Positions 52,092 to 64,000 of a stretch of 64,000 nt of DNA are shown here, one piece after another. Below the pieces are notes generated by a model. That model was not told the origin of the DNA and did no database searches. It saw only the letters and a program-made list of their open reading frames with translations. The translations under genes were made by a program, and so were the position numbers. Position 1 is the stretch's first letter. Each line of letters begins with the position of its first letter. The DNA is from Callorhinchus milii (Eukaryota). Where the stretch lies: positions 120,406,001 through 120,470,000 of the forward strand of contig NW_024704742.1 of NCBI RefSeq assembly GCF_018977255.1. The letters are read 5' to 3'.

Positions 52092-53489
52092 CTTTTAATC
52101 TTATCCCCTAGCTGGATATTCCCCAAGAAAGATAGCACAATCAGTTTTCATTGACATCTTGAGTAAACACCAAGATCCCAAGCCATGTAACGCAGAACAT
52201 TAGCCTTTAGATGGCTTTAATAGTCTCCATCCTAGCCTTCATTAGGCTATTCACAGCCAGTGGCTTGCAAAGGGTGAACCACCGAGCTGATTTTTATCTA
52301 TATTGGCTAAAACGTCCCATTGAGGAAATATGAGATTGTGTGGATTATCTTCACCCTTTGGGCCTGGAAAGGAGTTATCCAAATCTGTATGTGCTTTGCA
52401 CGTATAATCTCTTGCTCGGTGCAACTAATAGCTTTGGACTTCTCAGAAGATATCAGATACATCCCTGGAAGAGAGGACTGGCAACCCCCAGTTTACACCT
52501 GAGAAAGCACTTGGCAATCTGCCAGTTTATGGTTCATCAAGGCTCTACCCGAAGTTTGAGGCAAATAGTGTAATCCAAGTGTCCAAGAAGAAATTGCCAG
52601 AAGCAATAAGTTCTCCCTGAAGGTTTGACATGCTGACCACATGGGGGCAGCAGAACAAAGCTTTGGCTCAAGGATAAATCCACCATGTCCTGAATGGAAT
52701 CTGTGCTTGAGCTTTGGCTATGGGTATTTGGATCTAAATCTGGGTTGCAATTTGGCTGTTGTAGTTGTCAACAAAATGTGTGCTGGTCCACATCACACTT
52801 TCACTTTCATTATGATTATCTCTGGAGATAAACTCTCTGATTGCATCCTCCTCACTGATAACATACATCCTCTTCCAAAGAGTGGAAATTTGCCCTTTTT
52901 ATGGTGGTATAGCTTTAATTGCTAAGCTATACCACCATATCTTGAACAAGCTTTAGGCTGCTGGTTGGAGAAGGCATTAGGATTGACGATTCTCTGAAGG
53001 GTCCATCTGGACTGCTGTTGATGTCTGGAACAAGGTCATTATTTGTTTCGTAGCAACACTTTGAAGACACTGAGCCAAATGTTAAGTTTCTGTATAGGCA
53101 ATTCCTTGATTGAATAAAATTGGTGACATGTGCTGATAAATCAATCTTCAAGAGTGTAGGCATAGGTTCAAGCACAAAGACAGTGCAGTGCCTCAGTTGA
53201 AATAGAGAATTGAAACAGAGGACTATCCTGAGACAAAAATGTTGTCTGAACATATCTTGGTCATCTGATTGGCACTAAAACACATTCTCCCCAGCCAAGA
53301 GAGGGATCCTTGGGTAAGTGCTTCTGATTTAAACTTGAATTTATCTCTAACCTGGAAATTGAAGTTTCTCATTAAAATAGAGAAATCAAATCTGGATACT
53401 TTTGTGGAAGAAATTTCTTTTCATTGATTTTGGCAATATCTGCAAGTCTTAGATTTCAGTTTTGAGATGGTCCAAAACTACTTCAAATA

Positions 53490-54375
53490 ACAACTAACTA
53501 CAACAACTTGTACTTATATAGCGCCCTCCACGCAGGGTAGGGTCTCAGAGTGCTTAACAGTGGTGGAGCCTGACTCCGAGCCAGGAGCGGGGGTGGGTGG
53601 AGGCGACTGTAAGCACCGTAAGAGGATTGAGGGAGAATGTTCCAGAGTTTCAGGGTGCAGTGGCTGAATTGCGACCTCCAATGGTAGAGCGGCAGAAGGT
53701 GCGAGGGAAATGTAGGAGGCCGGTGCCAGTCCAGTGGAGGTGCTGGATGGTGGATTGGTGAATAAGGAGGTCGGAGAGGTAGGGAGGTGCCAGGGGAATG
53801 AAGCGACTTGAACGCGTGTGTGAGGATGTTGAAGTTGAAGTCAATCCGTTCAGTGATGGGGAGGCATTGGAGCCTGGCCAGAACTGGTGAGTTGGGGGTA
53901 CGGAGTTTGGTCCAGGTCAGTATTCGGGCAGCAGAGTTCTGAATGAGCTGGAATTGTTTGAATAGTGGAGCTGGGGAGATCGGTGAGAGTGCGTTTGAGT
54001 AATCCAGACTCAGGGGGAAGCTTTTTCCAGGGGTGGAAAAAGATGATGGAGGGCTTTGAAGAGGGGAGGAGGATACGGGAGATGAGGGAGATGAGGAAGT
54101 GGTCCAAAATAGCCTTGTCCGTAATGGACAGGTCGGAAATAGCAAGGCCATGTGTGATGACTAGGTCGAGGGAGTGGCCACGGTTGTGGGTCGGCGAGTT
54201 AATGTGGAGGGTGAGGTTTAGGGAGGAGAGGAGGGCAGTGAAATCCGAGGAGGTGGTGCAAGGGGAGTTTAGATGGAGGTTGAAATCACCCATTATAAGC
54301 AGGTGTTCACTGCAGAGGGACAGCGATGAGAGGAGCGAGGAGATATCAGTGAGGAAGGAGCCAAGAGGTTTGGGG
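53490..54375 (-). mobile_element. Internally deleted L2 (EN region fused to the 3' end)
   Basis: ORF 53850..54293 matches the EN of the 49225 element up to KKLPPE, then jumps to LDYSN...QNSAARIL; the RT core is absent. Confidence 0.88.
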
Positions 54376-54423
54376 AAGAGAGATAACTAGAGAGAAAGTA
54401 CTGCAGAAAATAGTTATGTCTAA

Positions 54424-54868
54424 ATGATTCAGAACTTTGTTTCCCACATTCTCATCCATACCAAATTCCTCACCATCATCACCCCATCCTTGCTAAATAG
54501 ACTCCATTGGCTCTCTGTCACAAAACGTATTGATTTCAATATATTCACCCATAAATCACCTCCCTATTACTCCAACCTCTTCACACTGCACCACACCCCT
54601 CTATCCCCCCCTTTCACTCAGCCAGCTCGGTTTACTGTGGGGCCCCCAATATCTCCGCTCCACCAACTGCGACTGTGCCTTCAGCCACTATATCCCAAAT
54701 ACCTTGAGCTCCCTGCCTCAATCCTGCCCCAATGCACGCGTCTTCAAATCACTCCTGAAGACTTTCCTTTTTGACTATGCCCCTTTCTCCCCAGCTTAGC
54801 ATCAACACCCTCCATTATTGAGCACTCCAAGATGATAGCCCACCTGAAATCCAGGTTGTTGTTGTTGG
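54424..54868 (+). mobile_element. Old L2 3' fragment
   Basis: RLHWL...RIDF motif and a (TTG)n end. Confidence 0.75.
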
Positions 54869-55579
54869 GTGTTTGACACTACAAATGCTTCATCGCACTC
54901 CACTCAAATTTTAAAATCCGATGCTTGCACTAACCCAAAACTACATTTGCAAAGAGAGATCAAAATTGAGCTCAGGCTGAGTGCAGCACCAACAGTACAA
55001 AGGCCCAAGAAGAAACAATGGCATTGTTCGATTTTAAAATAACAACAACCTGGATTTAAAAGTAACTAAAACTTAAAAAGAAACCCACAAAATTCTCTGG
55101 CTGAAGTTGCTTATTCTCCCTTGGGAATGAAACTAATCTTAGGTTGGATACTGTACTAAGCAATAAAAATCAAAACATTTTCCTATTGTAAGGGAACACA
55201 CAGGTAATGTGTTTGCTTTCTCATTTGCATGTGGTTGTTAAATAAGTTTAGAAAAATGTAAGCTTCCCCCTCCACCATCCCAGGAACCTTTTTATGATAA
55301 AAAGAATTGAGTCCTTTATTTACTATTTTTAAACAAATGCAGTAAAACATTTAAAAGTGAGTTCAAAAATACTTAGGAAAATTATTAAATATTAAAAAGG
55401 TAAGGGTAAAGGATTACAGTAGATAGCGCCAATGGAGTACGAACATAGGCCAAATGATATCCTTTTGTGCTGTAAACATTTTACAATTCTAACACTGAAC
55501 TTTCTTCCACAAGTTTCTGTTGAAAATTCAGGCTATTCAATATTTTCGACACTTCATTGCTTAGAATCCTATTTTTTCT

Positions 55580-55882
55580 GTCCTTCAGATGAGATGGATC
55601 CCGTCTGCCTATTCAACTGGATGTTAACAATCCCATGGCACTTTTTGAAAAAAAAAGGGATATTCTTCCAGTGTCCTGGCCAACAATCACCCAAATAAAA
55701 TGTTGTCACTCACTCCATGGCTATTTGTGGGACATTGCTGTGTGCAACTGGCTGACCTGTTTTGCCCACAAAAAAAAATAGTCAATCCACTTGCAGTATA
55801 TCCTTTGAAGCACTTTGAGACGTCTCAACGACATGATAATGCACTATATCAAATGCAAGGATTATTATTATTATGTTATTAT
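55580..55882 (+). mobile_element. Older DeuSINE body and tail
   Basis: Deu body, stem-loop tail and (TTA)n. Confidence 0.8.
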
Positions 55883-56960
55883 CGTTTAAATTCCTCTCTA
55901 CAGGTAGTTTCTAAATGGTTTTCAGTGATGGGTCAGTCAGACCAGTAACACTGCCACATTACATATGAATGGATGTTACTTTTCAAGTTTTGCATGTGAT
56001 TGATATTTTGTCCAATAGGTATTTTGTGAAGCCATTTCTGGATAATCTTAATAACAGTCCCAGTTGCACCAATCATTATAGGAACTATGTTTGTTTTACA
56101 TTGCCAAATATATCTGCATTTAATTTGTAGATCGATAAATTTGTTGATCTTCTCTAGTTCTTCATTTCTTACATTGTAATCACTTTGGATAATAGCCACA
56201 TCAATAATACTTGTACAATGTACAATCTATTTGGTTCTTTATGATGATATCTAGTTTGTTACAGATTACTGTTCTATCTGTATGTACATGTGAGTCCCAG
56301 ATTATTGTAATGTTATTTTTTGATGTCACTTTCGCTGGTTGATGTTCATACCAGTTTACATCAATATCAAAGTGTTTATAAATTGTCCAGTAAATATATT
56401 TAACTACATTGTTATGCTGAATCAGATATTCTGATTGTGCTAGGGCTTGACATGGTGACAATATGTTATCTACTGTTTCTGGCTGATGACATATTTGTCT
56501 TATTTTCATAATAACGGGTAGTAATAGCTTGGCCTTGGGCTAATATTATGAGGGCTTCTATTTCGGCTTTTAGATCTCCGATAGTAAACCATTTGTAGCT
56601 TTGGTTCTTGTTATTTAATTTCGCTTGGAAATTGACCATGCAAGAATTTCTTCTCCCATTCATGTTTTCTACAAGATATCATTTTCTTTAAGGACAATTT
56701 TCACTTCCATGTGCCATTTTTGTTGGTGCGGATGAACTACTGACCGTCTGTTTTTTNGATGGATTTTATATTCTTGTTTGATCTTGATTGCTTCTTTAAT
56801 GATGGAAATTTTCTTTTTCTGCTTTTCATGTTTTTCTACCATTTTGATATTATCAATGGAAATTGCTCTGATATATTAAACTTAACCTACAATTACTGAT
56901 TTATAAGATGCTTCAATTTCAATCAGACCTCTTTCTCCTTTTATTGGTATGTTCTTATTT
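55883..56960 (-). mobile_element. R4/Dong-clade non-LTR retrotransposon, 5'-truncated and decayed
   Basis: In order across frames: IP.K.GERGL; W...GDLKAE.EALI..AQ.QAI.TRYY; zinc-knuckle-like CHQPETVDNILSPC..LA..EY...HN.V; WD....TD.....NKLDI; EK..K..DL....W....VPI.IGA.G (restriction-like endonuclease region). Confidence 0.85.
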
Positions 56961-57051
56961 TCTTTTATTATTATAATTATTATTAATAATGCCAGTTCTC
57001 TCGCTCAGCATTAGGCTGAAAATGTGATAAAACTAGATTAATATGCACTAC

Positions 57052-57161
57052 CTGTTCCTCACGGGTTGATCCTTTCTTTGTTTTTTGTCTTCGAAGTTCT
57101 TCATATTTTTTTCTTTCATTTAAATATTCTGCCACTGCACTATTAGGGGGATGTTCACTAT
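57052..57161 (-). CDS. CWC27: CWC27 (spliceosome-associated cyclophilin) third-to-last coding exon
   Basis: 110 nt; pyrimidine tract and acceptor tttgacag|AT; translates xSEHPPNSAVAEYLNERKKYEELRRQKTKKGSTREEQ, resembling the vertebrate CWC27 C-terminal region (AVAEY..EK.KYE.LR..Q.KKG.SRE.Q); donor CAG|gtagtg, phase 0. Confidence 0.93.
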
Positions 57162-57835
57162 CTGTCAAAGAAAGAGAAACCAACTTTATTACATACAATC
57201 TATATTTTTTTACATTTTGTATTATGTTGTAAATTTGCAATCAGACACAATTCTGTGTTCAAATTCCTATAAGAACATGAAATTGTGAACAGAAAAATAC
57301 CATTGGGTCCAAACAACTGACTTAATATTTTGCAACAGTAGGTCTCCGTTGATATCATAAATCAATACTGTAGTTAGAAAATGAAAATAATAAAGACTCA
57401 AGAAACTTTTTATCCTTCCTATGATAGCTGTTAATACACAGAACTGCAGTGCTAACAGAAATTGCCAGGGTCAAATTCGATCTTGTTACAGATGGCTTTA
57501 GCTGTATTTATATCATCAAACCTACAAATTGCAGGGAGGAAAATGGTACACACCCATACCTGATATCCATTACCTACATTAGTGTTCATCTGATCAATAA
57601 AATTGGTCATTCACTTCATGAGTGTTTGTGGGACATTGCTGTGCACAAATTGGTTCTTCTAGCACAATAGTGACGTACTTTGTGACAACATTCCCACGTG
57701 AATGTGCTATATCAAAATGCAAGTATTATTTATCATCTGTTAGCATTTTAGAACTAGTAACGGCAACCCAGTTACTGGATATTGCTAGACATTTGTGTAG
57801 AAAGCAGCTGAGCATCTAACCGAGTTTCACAATAT

Positions 57836-58206
57836 GTGAAGTCCTGTTGCTCAGTGGTTAGAGCACTCGCTTCGCAAGCCAGATTCCTGGGTTCTATTCC
57901 CGTCAGGGCGAAATGTTGGGCAAGTTTCCTTACTCCACATGTCTCTGTTTATTTAGCAGCAAGTAGGAACCCGGTTGCAAGTTGATTGGCGGATCACTTT
58001 TTCGGGGATAATAATCCCTCAAAAAAAACAATAATTTGGTCACTCAATCCATGACTGTTTGTAGGACACTGTAGTGTGCAATTGGCTGCCACATTTTGCC
58101 AACAAAATATACAGTCAATTCACTTTACAGTATATCCTGTGAAGCGCTTGAGACGTCTAGAAGACGTGAAAAGCGCTATATCAAATGCAAAGATAATTAT
58201 TATTAT
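57836..58206 (+). mobile_element. tRNA-derived SINE, long form
   Basis: Full length; anticodon-equivalent loop ttCGCaa; tail gagacgtctagaagacgt. Confidence 0.92.
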
Positions 58207-61200
58207 ACCTGTCATTATGAAAATGGCTATTTTTCGGTGTTAAGACACAAAATTCCTTATAAAATATCTAGTTAATTTTAATATCATGGAGGAAACACAT
58301 AACATTGCTTCTTATAACAGCATGGATGTTCCACTCAGGAACTCAAGCTTAATTTGCAAATAGTTTCCTTTACTACCTTTACCAAAGTATACCACCTTTC
58401 AAGTGTTTCAATGCACTGAGCATGGGGGGAGGGTTAGAAAAGGAAGGGAAACAATACAAGAAAACCTTTAATAAATGACAAAAACACCATGATACTGAGA
58501 ATATTGTGCAGTTACTTTTTCAAACTCTTCTTACAAATACCATCAACTGAGTAAACAAAAAGGATAAAGATTATCCAGGAATTCCTAAATTGAATGATGA
58601 GAAAGACAATTAACTGTCAATTACATTCTAAAGTGACCCAATTTATCAGTCAGTAACTCCACAGATTAAATCATTATCCAGATGTTTTTTCAACTTTCAA
58701 GTAATTTATATTCGATCATAATGATATGCTACAGTGAAAATCAAGCTGCTTTTACAGTGAAAACATCTTCTGAAATGTTTGGACATTTTACAATGGCCAG
58801 GAATACAACAAAGACAACATGAGAGTAACTTGTTTTGAAATATACCTTGGGGATAGAATAATTTCCCATCTGAGTTTTTAAAACAAATTTGAGTATTTGC
58901 AGTGACAAGTGTGAATAGCAAACTGCCGTATAATGTTCTACTACTGTATGTGCAAATTATTCAGCATAACAATCACTCTTATTAGATCAGCACTTAAGCA
59001 GAAAAGGTTTCATTCAATGCTCTCAAGTTTAATGCCATCTGAAGCATTTGTATTGTTGAAGCAGAATGTAACAAAGCCTTCTATTTACAGGGATTTTCTT
59101 TTGACCATATCAGGAAGCTTGGTAAAGCACTGTGAGATAATCTTACTATGTGACAAAGTGGGCTGAAAGAATAAACCCCAAAACAGGTCTGCCTCCAGCA
59201 ACAGGGAAGTATATCTGGCAATGTTAATGTTCATCAACTGGCAGAGACCAGAGAAGCCAGCAACCAAAAATGTTTCTAAAATTTATATTCTGTCTCTGAA
59301 AAATGTAGCAGTGAAACTGGAGAAATACGAGTATTTCAGGCAATTCCAATTGTCCATCAATTAATCCAAATGTTTACAATGCACAATGTCTGCAGGAAAT
59401 ATGGTTTATAGTTGCATCATTTGATGTTGCTTGGTTTGTGGCCTACATGATCTAATCTACTCCAGTCCACTAAGGATTTCAGCACCTGGTTTGGACAATA
59501 TAGTTATTCTCATACCCCATTTTTTCTTTAACACTCCCCTCAAAATTCATAGCCACTCCAAACCTCCAAAACAACAATGTTTGACTCTGGAAACAGCTTG
59601 AGAACAGCTGTGAAATTAGCCTGCCTCACAACATACATTTGAGATACCATAATCGAATCCAGGCGTCCGGACTGTGTTGAGGCCAAGACCAGCTATAATC
59701 AACTCTTTTTTGTTGGAGGATCCTTCACAGCTGTCAGCAATACTCTACATCTTTGTACTAACCCATTTATGTCTTGTCTTTAGTACTACAAACTGACTTT
59801 AGCATATATGATGCTGAATGATGTTGCCTACAGGCACTACGGAAGGGCACATATCTTACCACTCCAGCTGTTGTCGCTAAATGCTATTCTGGAGTTTGAA
59901 GGCCATTTTGACAGCATTCCTGCTTTGTCCTATCACTCAGACTAAGACAGCTACAAATCATACCCCTGATGTTGTGGCAACAAGAAAAAAAACACAGAAT
60001 TCTTTACCATAAACAGATTTCATCTTGCCAATCAGAAACATCAGTAAAGAAACAAAGGAGTGTTCTTCAGAACACCCTAGGCTGCTGCTCCTATAAATAG
60101 CTTAATATGTTCTTGTGGATTAGCATAGGTGTCAAATAATACTGCAAATTACTGTTTGGTTACAGACAGTTTCTGATTAAACAGTAGGTCATGGAAAAAA
60201 CATTAAAATGTAGTAATAAAATGAAATCTCTTAAAGCAATAAATTTAGTGCAATTACTTTTTTTTCCCTCTAGATGTTTGTCTATAACATGAAGTAGCGA
60301 TTTATAGTCGCTCACACTGACAGCTTTATCTCTTGAGGAAAACATAATTTACTTTACTCCAGTAGTCCTTTATTCCTAATGGAGGAAAATCTAATTAGTG
60401 TTTTGATGTCATCCATGGGGATGTGGGAAGGATTACCTCAGGATAATGAGAAATTAAGAAATTCATAACCTTGCAGTGCCATTTTGTTCAGGTGATCTTC
60501 TTCACTGTCTACTTTATAAGGCCTTATTCAGAAGTGTTTTAATACTCAAATAACAAAAAATCCTAATATTTCCAAGCAGAATCTGATGCAAGTGAGAATT
60601 AAGCATGAAGCCTTATATATTTGGGGCTCAAAATAGTTCACAAAAAGGGAGAACATACTAATAGTGATTTATTAATAGCAATATTAACCAACAATCTGTT
60701 ATTTTTTCCCCATTAGATTGATTATTATTCCTATTGTACTTGAAGGTAGTAAATTATTTTATAATTGTATGACATAATTCAAAAATAAGTGTTCTGGGTT
60801 CTTGCAAACCATTTTCCATATTAATTGGGCACTGATTTCACTGGCTTTGAATCTTGCCAGTACAAATGACTGGCATGTTTGTCTACAATTTGAATTTGAA
60901 ATGTGGATATTAATACCAATTCACACTTTCAAATGACTTAGGAAAGAGTTGAATTAATTTTAACCTGGTAGTGAAGGACTGATAAATTTCCCTTTTTCCT
61001 AAAATAATTTTCACCAGAATATAAAGTCCTTCAAGCCCAAACCAAACTGAGATTTCCATGCATCCCACCTACACATGGAAGAATAATGCAATGAAAACAG
61101 TCACAATAAAATATGAACTAGAAATAAAATGTGCGCTTCACCCACAAAATACAGTCAATCCACTTTACAATATATTCTTTGTGATATTGTGACATCTCAA

Positions 61201-62368
61201 CAATAAGGTGCTATATTAAATGCAAGGATTATTATTATTATAAAGCCTTAATAACCCTACATACATAAATTAAATGGACTGTAAAACATCAAAACAGGTC
61301 ATTCAGCTCAACAGTATATTCCAGTATTTATACTCCATATGAGCCACCATACCTCCTAGCCTCTTCTCGCCATCTCCCCTCCCACCCCTCCATAAATCTA
61401 TATTTCTTTCCCCCTTCTAATACTCTATTGCGAAATTGTAACAGTGAAAATGTTTATTGTTAATAATGCTAAAACCAAATTTGTGGCAATTCAAGACACA
61501 TTTCTTATAATGCTGGATCACTTCAAAATGTCTCAAGAAGCTTTACAGTAGTTACTGTTAAGTCTAGTTACGGATTTTATAGGCAAATGCAGAGCCATTT
61601 TGGACACAGCAAAATGTCCCACAAACAGCTATGCAGTGAAAAACCTGGAGGATTGATGATCACAACTCCAGGAGAAAATCCTCTCTTTTCAAAAATCTCT
61701 AACAAAGCAGAGAGGAGCTTCTTCTGTGTCCTGCCCTCTCCCTCTTAATTATTTCCAAAACAGTTTGGGACATTTCAATCTGAAAGGTGATACAAAAACC
61801 TTTCCATCATGTTATAATGTAGCACTTGGCTAGAAATTAAACTATTAACTAAAAAATAAAATGACAGTTTGATAATCATGCAACGGTCACTTGTATTTAG
61901 AATATACCTCATTACTGAAACAAAGTAGCTAATAATATGTGTAAAAGTCAGATCTTGTGCCTCTATATGTATGTAGTTTGAATACTGATTTATTAAATTA
62001 CTGGATGAAAATCAAACATTAGCATCATGACAGAATACTCTGTAAGCTATCAAACACAATACATAGAAAAATAAAACAATTATTCTTCTCAACCAGTTCG
62101 TATAATTCAGCGATGACAAGTTGGACAGTGTGCAAGGTAACAGTTTTCATACTTGTTAAATACAACCAACATGCCAAAAGGTGTAAAACTAAGCAAAACA
62201 ATTATGGTGAGGGTCACTGTGCAACCAAATATCCTTATCATACTATCCATTACTTCTAAAAATCATTATTTGGTATTTAAGTGCTTTTTTGTATGATCAT
62301 GGTTTCTTAAAAAAATCTGAATGCTTCATTTACCTTCTATTGTTAACTGCATGAAACAGAAATGATAA

Positions 62369-62575
62369 AATAATAATAATCCTTTCATTTGGTAAAGCGC
62401 CTTATCACATCTTTGAGACATCTCAAAGCGCTTCACATAATATACTGTAAAGTGAATTGACTGTATATTTTGTGGTAGAAAGGTGGCAGTCAATTGCGCA
62501 CAGCAGTGTCCCAAAACAATTGCCGATTGAGTGACCAAATTATTATTATTATTTGTTGGAGGAATTATTACCCCT
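62369..62575 (-). mobile_element. SINE 3' half
   Basis: Deu domain and tail. Confidence 0.85.
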
Positions 62576-63299
62576 CAATTAAATCAATTAACCAAGGGTG
62601 GGGTGAGGGGAATAAAACAAGGGGTTGTGATTTGAGAGTGCACTGATGGTCCACTGCTACTGTAAAGCAATGTAAGGTTACTTTACATGAAGGGTCCTAT
62701 TCTAACGCAACTTGCTGTTACAGTATTTGGTGCACTGACAGAAAGATTATCTCTGATACATTTCGAGAATCCAGAAATAATGAGTTCCAGGATTATTAGA
62801 TGGTGAGATAGATCTGTAGTTAGGAATATTTTGGGAAGCTGGCTGGGTTGGCTGGGTAAGAACAATGATCTGTTAACTATGTACCATACTCACAACTCCA
62901 TGATCATTGGCAGTGTTTGTGTGAAATGGTGAAATTGTATCACGGTCATGTCATATGATGTCAAGACATGACTATCATCTCCAAACAAATTAACCTGATC
63001 CCCTTCTTTTCCACCAACCATCAGCAAGCAGGCTTTCAGCCACTCTGCCCATGCTCCCTGGACTTCCTTTGACTCTCTCCCTCCCTCCCCTTTTTCAAGG
63101 CACATCTCAAAAACATATCTCTTTGCCTGCGCTTTCGATCATCTTTTACTTCCCCAACACCAGTGCCTATTCAGCACTGTGACAAGCCCGAAGTCAATGG
63201 CCTTATATTATTAATAGTAAATTGTATTGCATTTTGTGTTGTTACAACATATTTAGATTAAGAATTCACATTTAAGAATTGCCTTAAAGGGGGAAAGCT

Positions 63300-63810
63300 G
63301 AGGTGGGGAGAGGAAAGGTGGCCAAAAGCATGGTCGAAAAGTTAATAAATAATAATCCTTACATTTTATATGGTGCCTTTCACATTATCAAGACATCTCA
63401 AAGTGCTTCACAGGACTTTTCTGTAGAGAGCAACAACTGTGTAGTTTTAGGAGATAGTGGCAGCCAATTTATAGATCTCAAGGTGGGTTTTGTAGGCAAA
63501 GAGGGAGAGGGCAAGGTGGAGTTCCAGAGAGTGGGGACAGAATGGCTAAAGACTCACCTACATGATGATGATGATGATGGGGTAAGTGTGTTAGAGACAT
63601 GAAGCAGGCAAGTGTTTGTTGAGCAGAGCAAGTAGCTGGGGCTGAAGGTTGCAGAGGTAGAGTGGGGTGAGGCTAATGAGATATTTGAATGTGAGGATGA
63701 GAATCTTGAATTCGATCCACTGGGGGATGGGGAGTCGATGGAGCCACGGCAAGAACTGGGCTTGTGGAGTCTGGTCTGGGAGAGGACATGAACTGTACAG
63801 TTCTGAGGTG
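63300..63810 (-). mobile_element. Old L2 3' fragment with a nested SINE tail
   Basis: LH.LPIPQWIEFKILILTFK motif; SINE tail at about 63345-63470. Confidence 0.7.
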
Positions 63811-64000
63811 GGGAATCTGATCACCTGAGAAGTTTTTTTTTTAAAGTTGACACTTTAAGACTTACTCCTTTATCGCAAGAGATTTAATTTTAATCACAAA
63901 CTGAAGAGGTAAAATATCAAATATTTTCTAAAAAATAGACAATATCCATAAATTACTGTATTACCCTACAGTTGAACCATGATTATCTGCTATAATGGAG

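Noticed and set aside
56983..57240. 85-aa single-exon ORF
   Set aside because: Only 57052-57161 is coding (a CWC27 exon); the rest is in-frame intron beyond the splice sites.
57240..64000. Further upstream CWC27 exons
   Set aside because: No matching reading frame with splice sites recognised; they probably lie beyond the window.
1..64000. CRISPR array, operon or other prokaryotic system
   Set aside because: Sequence is spliced-gene vertebrate DNA; repeats are dispersed retroposons, not regularly spaced repeats.
63967..64000. Possible start of another Tigger-like element (ta-cagttgaacc)
   Set aside because: Cut off by the window edge; no second TIR available to confirm.

Overview
Vertebrate nuclear DNA, AT-rich and dense in repeats. 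The repeat content (Deu-domain tRNA-SINEs, L2 and CR1 LINEs, Penelope-type inverted elements) points to a cartilaginous fish, plausibly a chimaera or elephant shark; this is inference only. The one supportable host gene is the 3' end of CWC27 on the minus strand: three coding exons (57161-57052, 48216-48116, 29409-29247) with canonical GT-AG sites, matching phases and a nearby AATAAA. The rest is intron and downstream intergenic sequence filled with mobile elements: about 18 copies of a young tRNA-Ala-derived SINE in long and short forms, older DeuSINEs, many L2 fragments (one nearly complete ORF2), CR1 tails, an R4/Dong-clade fragment, a hAT MITE and a Tigger-like MITE. Nearly all ORFs in the supplied track are repeat-derived or chance. 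Most worth a second look: (1) a Penelope-derived element with a 12-bp target-site duplication (TSD) and a hammerhead ribozyme core; (2) a Dong-like element between TAA tracts, apparently inserted into a SINE tail; (3) a shared SINE/L2 3' stem-loop with covariation, where the youngest SINEs carry the loop of the youngest L2; (4) an L2 with a twin-priming-like inversion and a second L2 inserted in its tail; (5) a compact MEF2/CArG/TEAD/E-box cluster in the last CWC27 intron. I found no wholly new gene system. Repeat boundaries were read by eye and are approximate unless a TSD is given.
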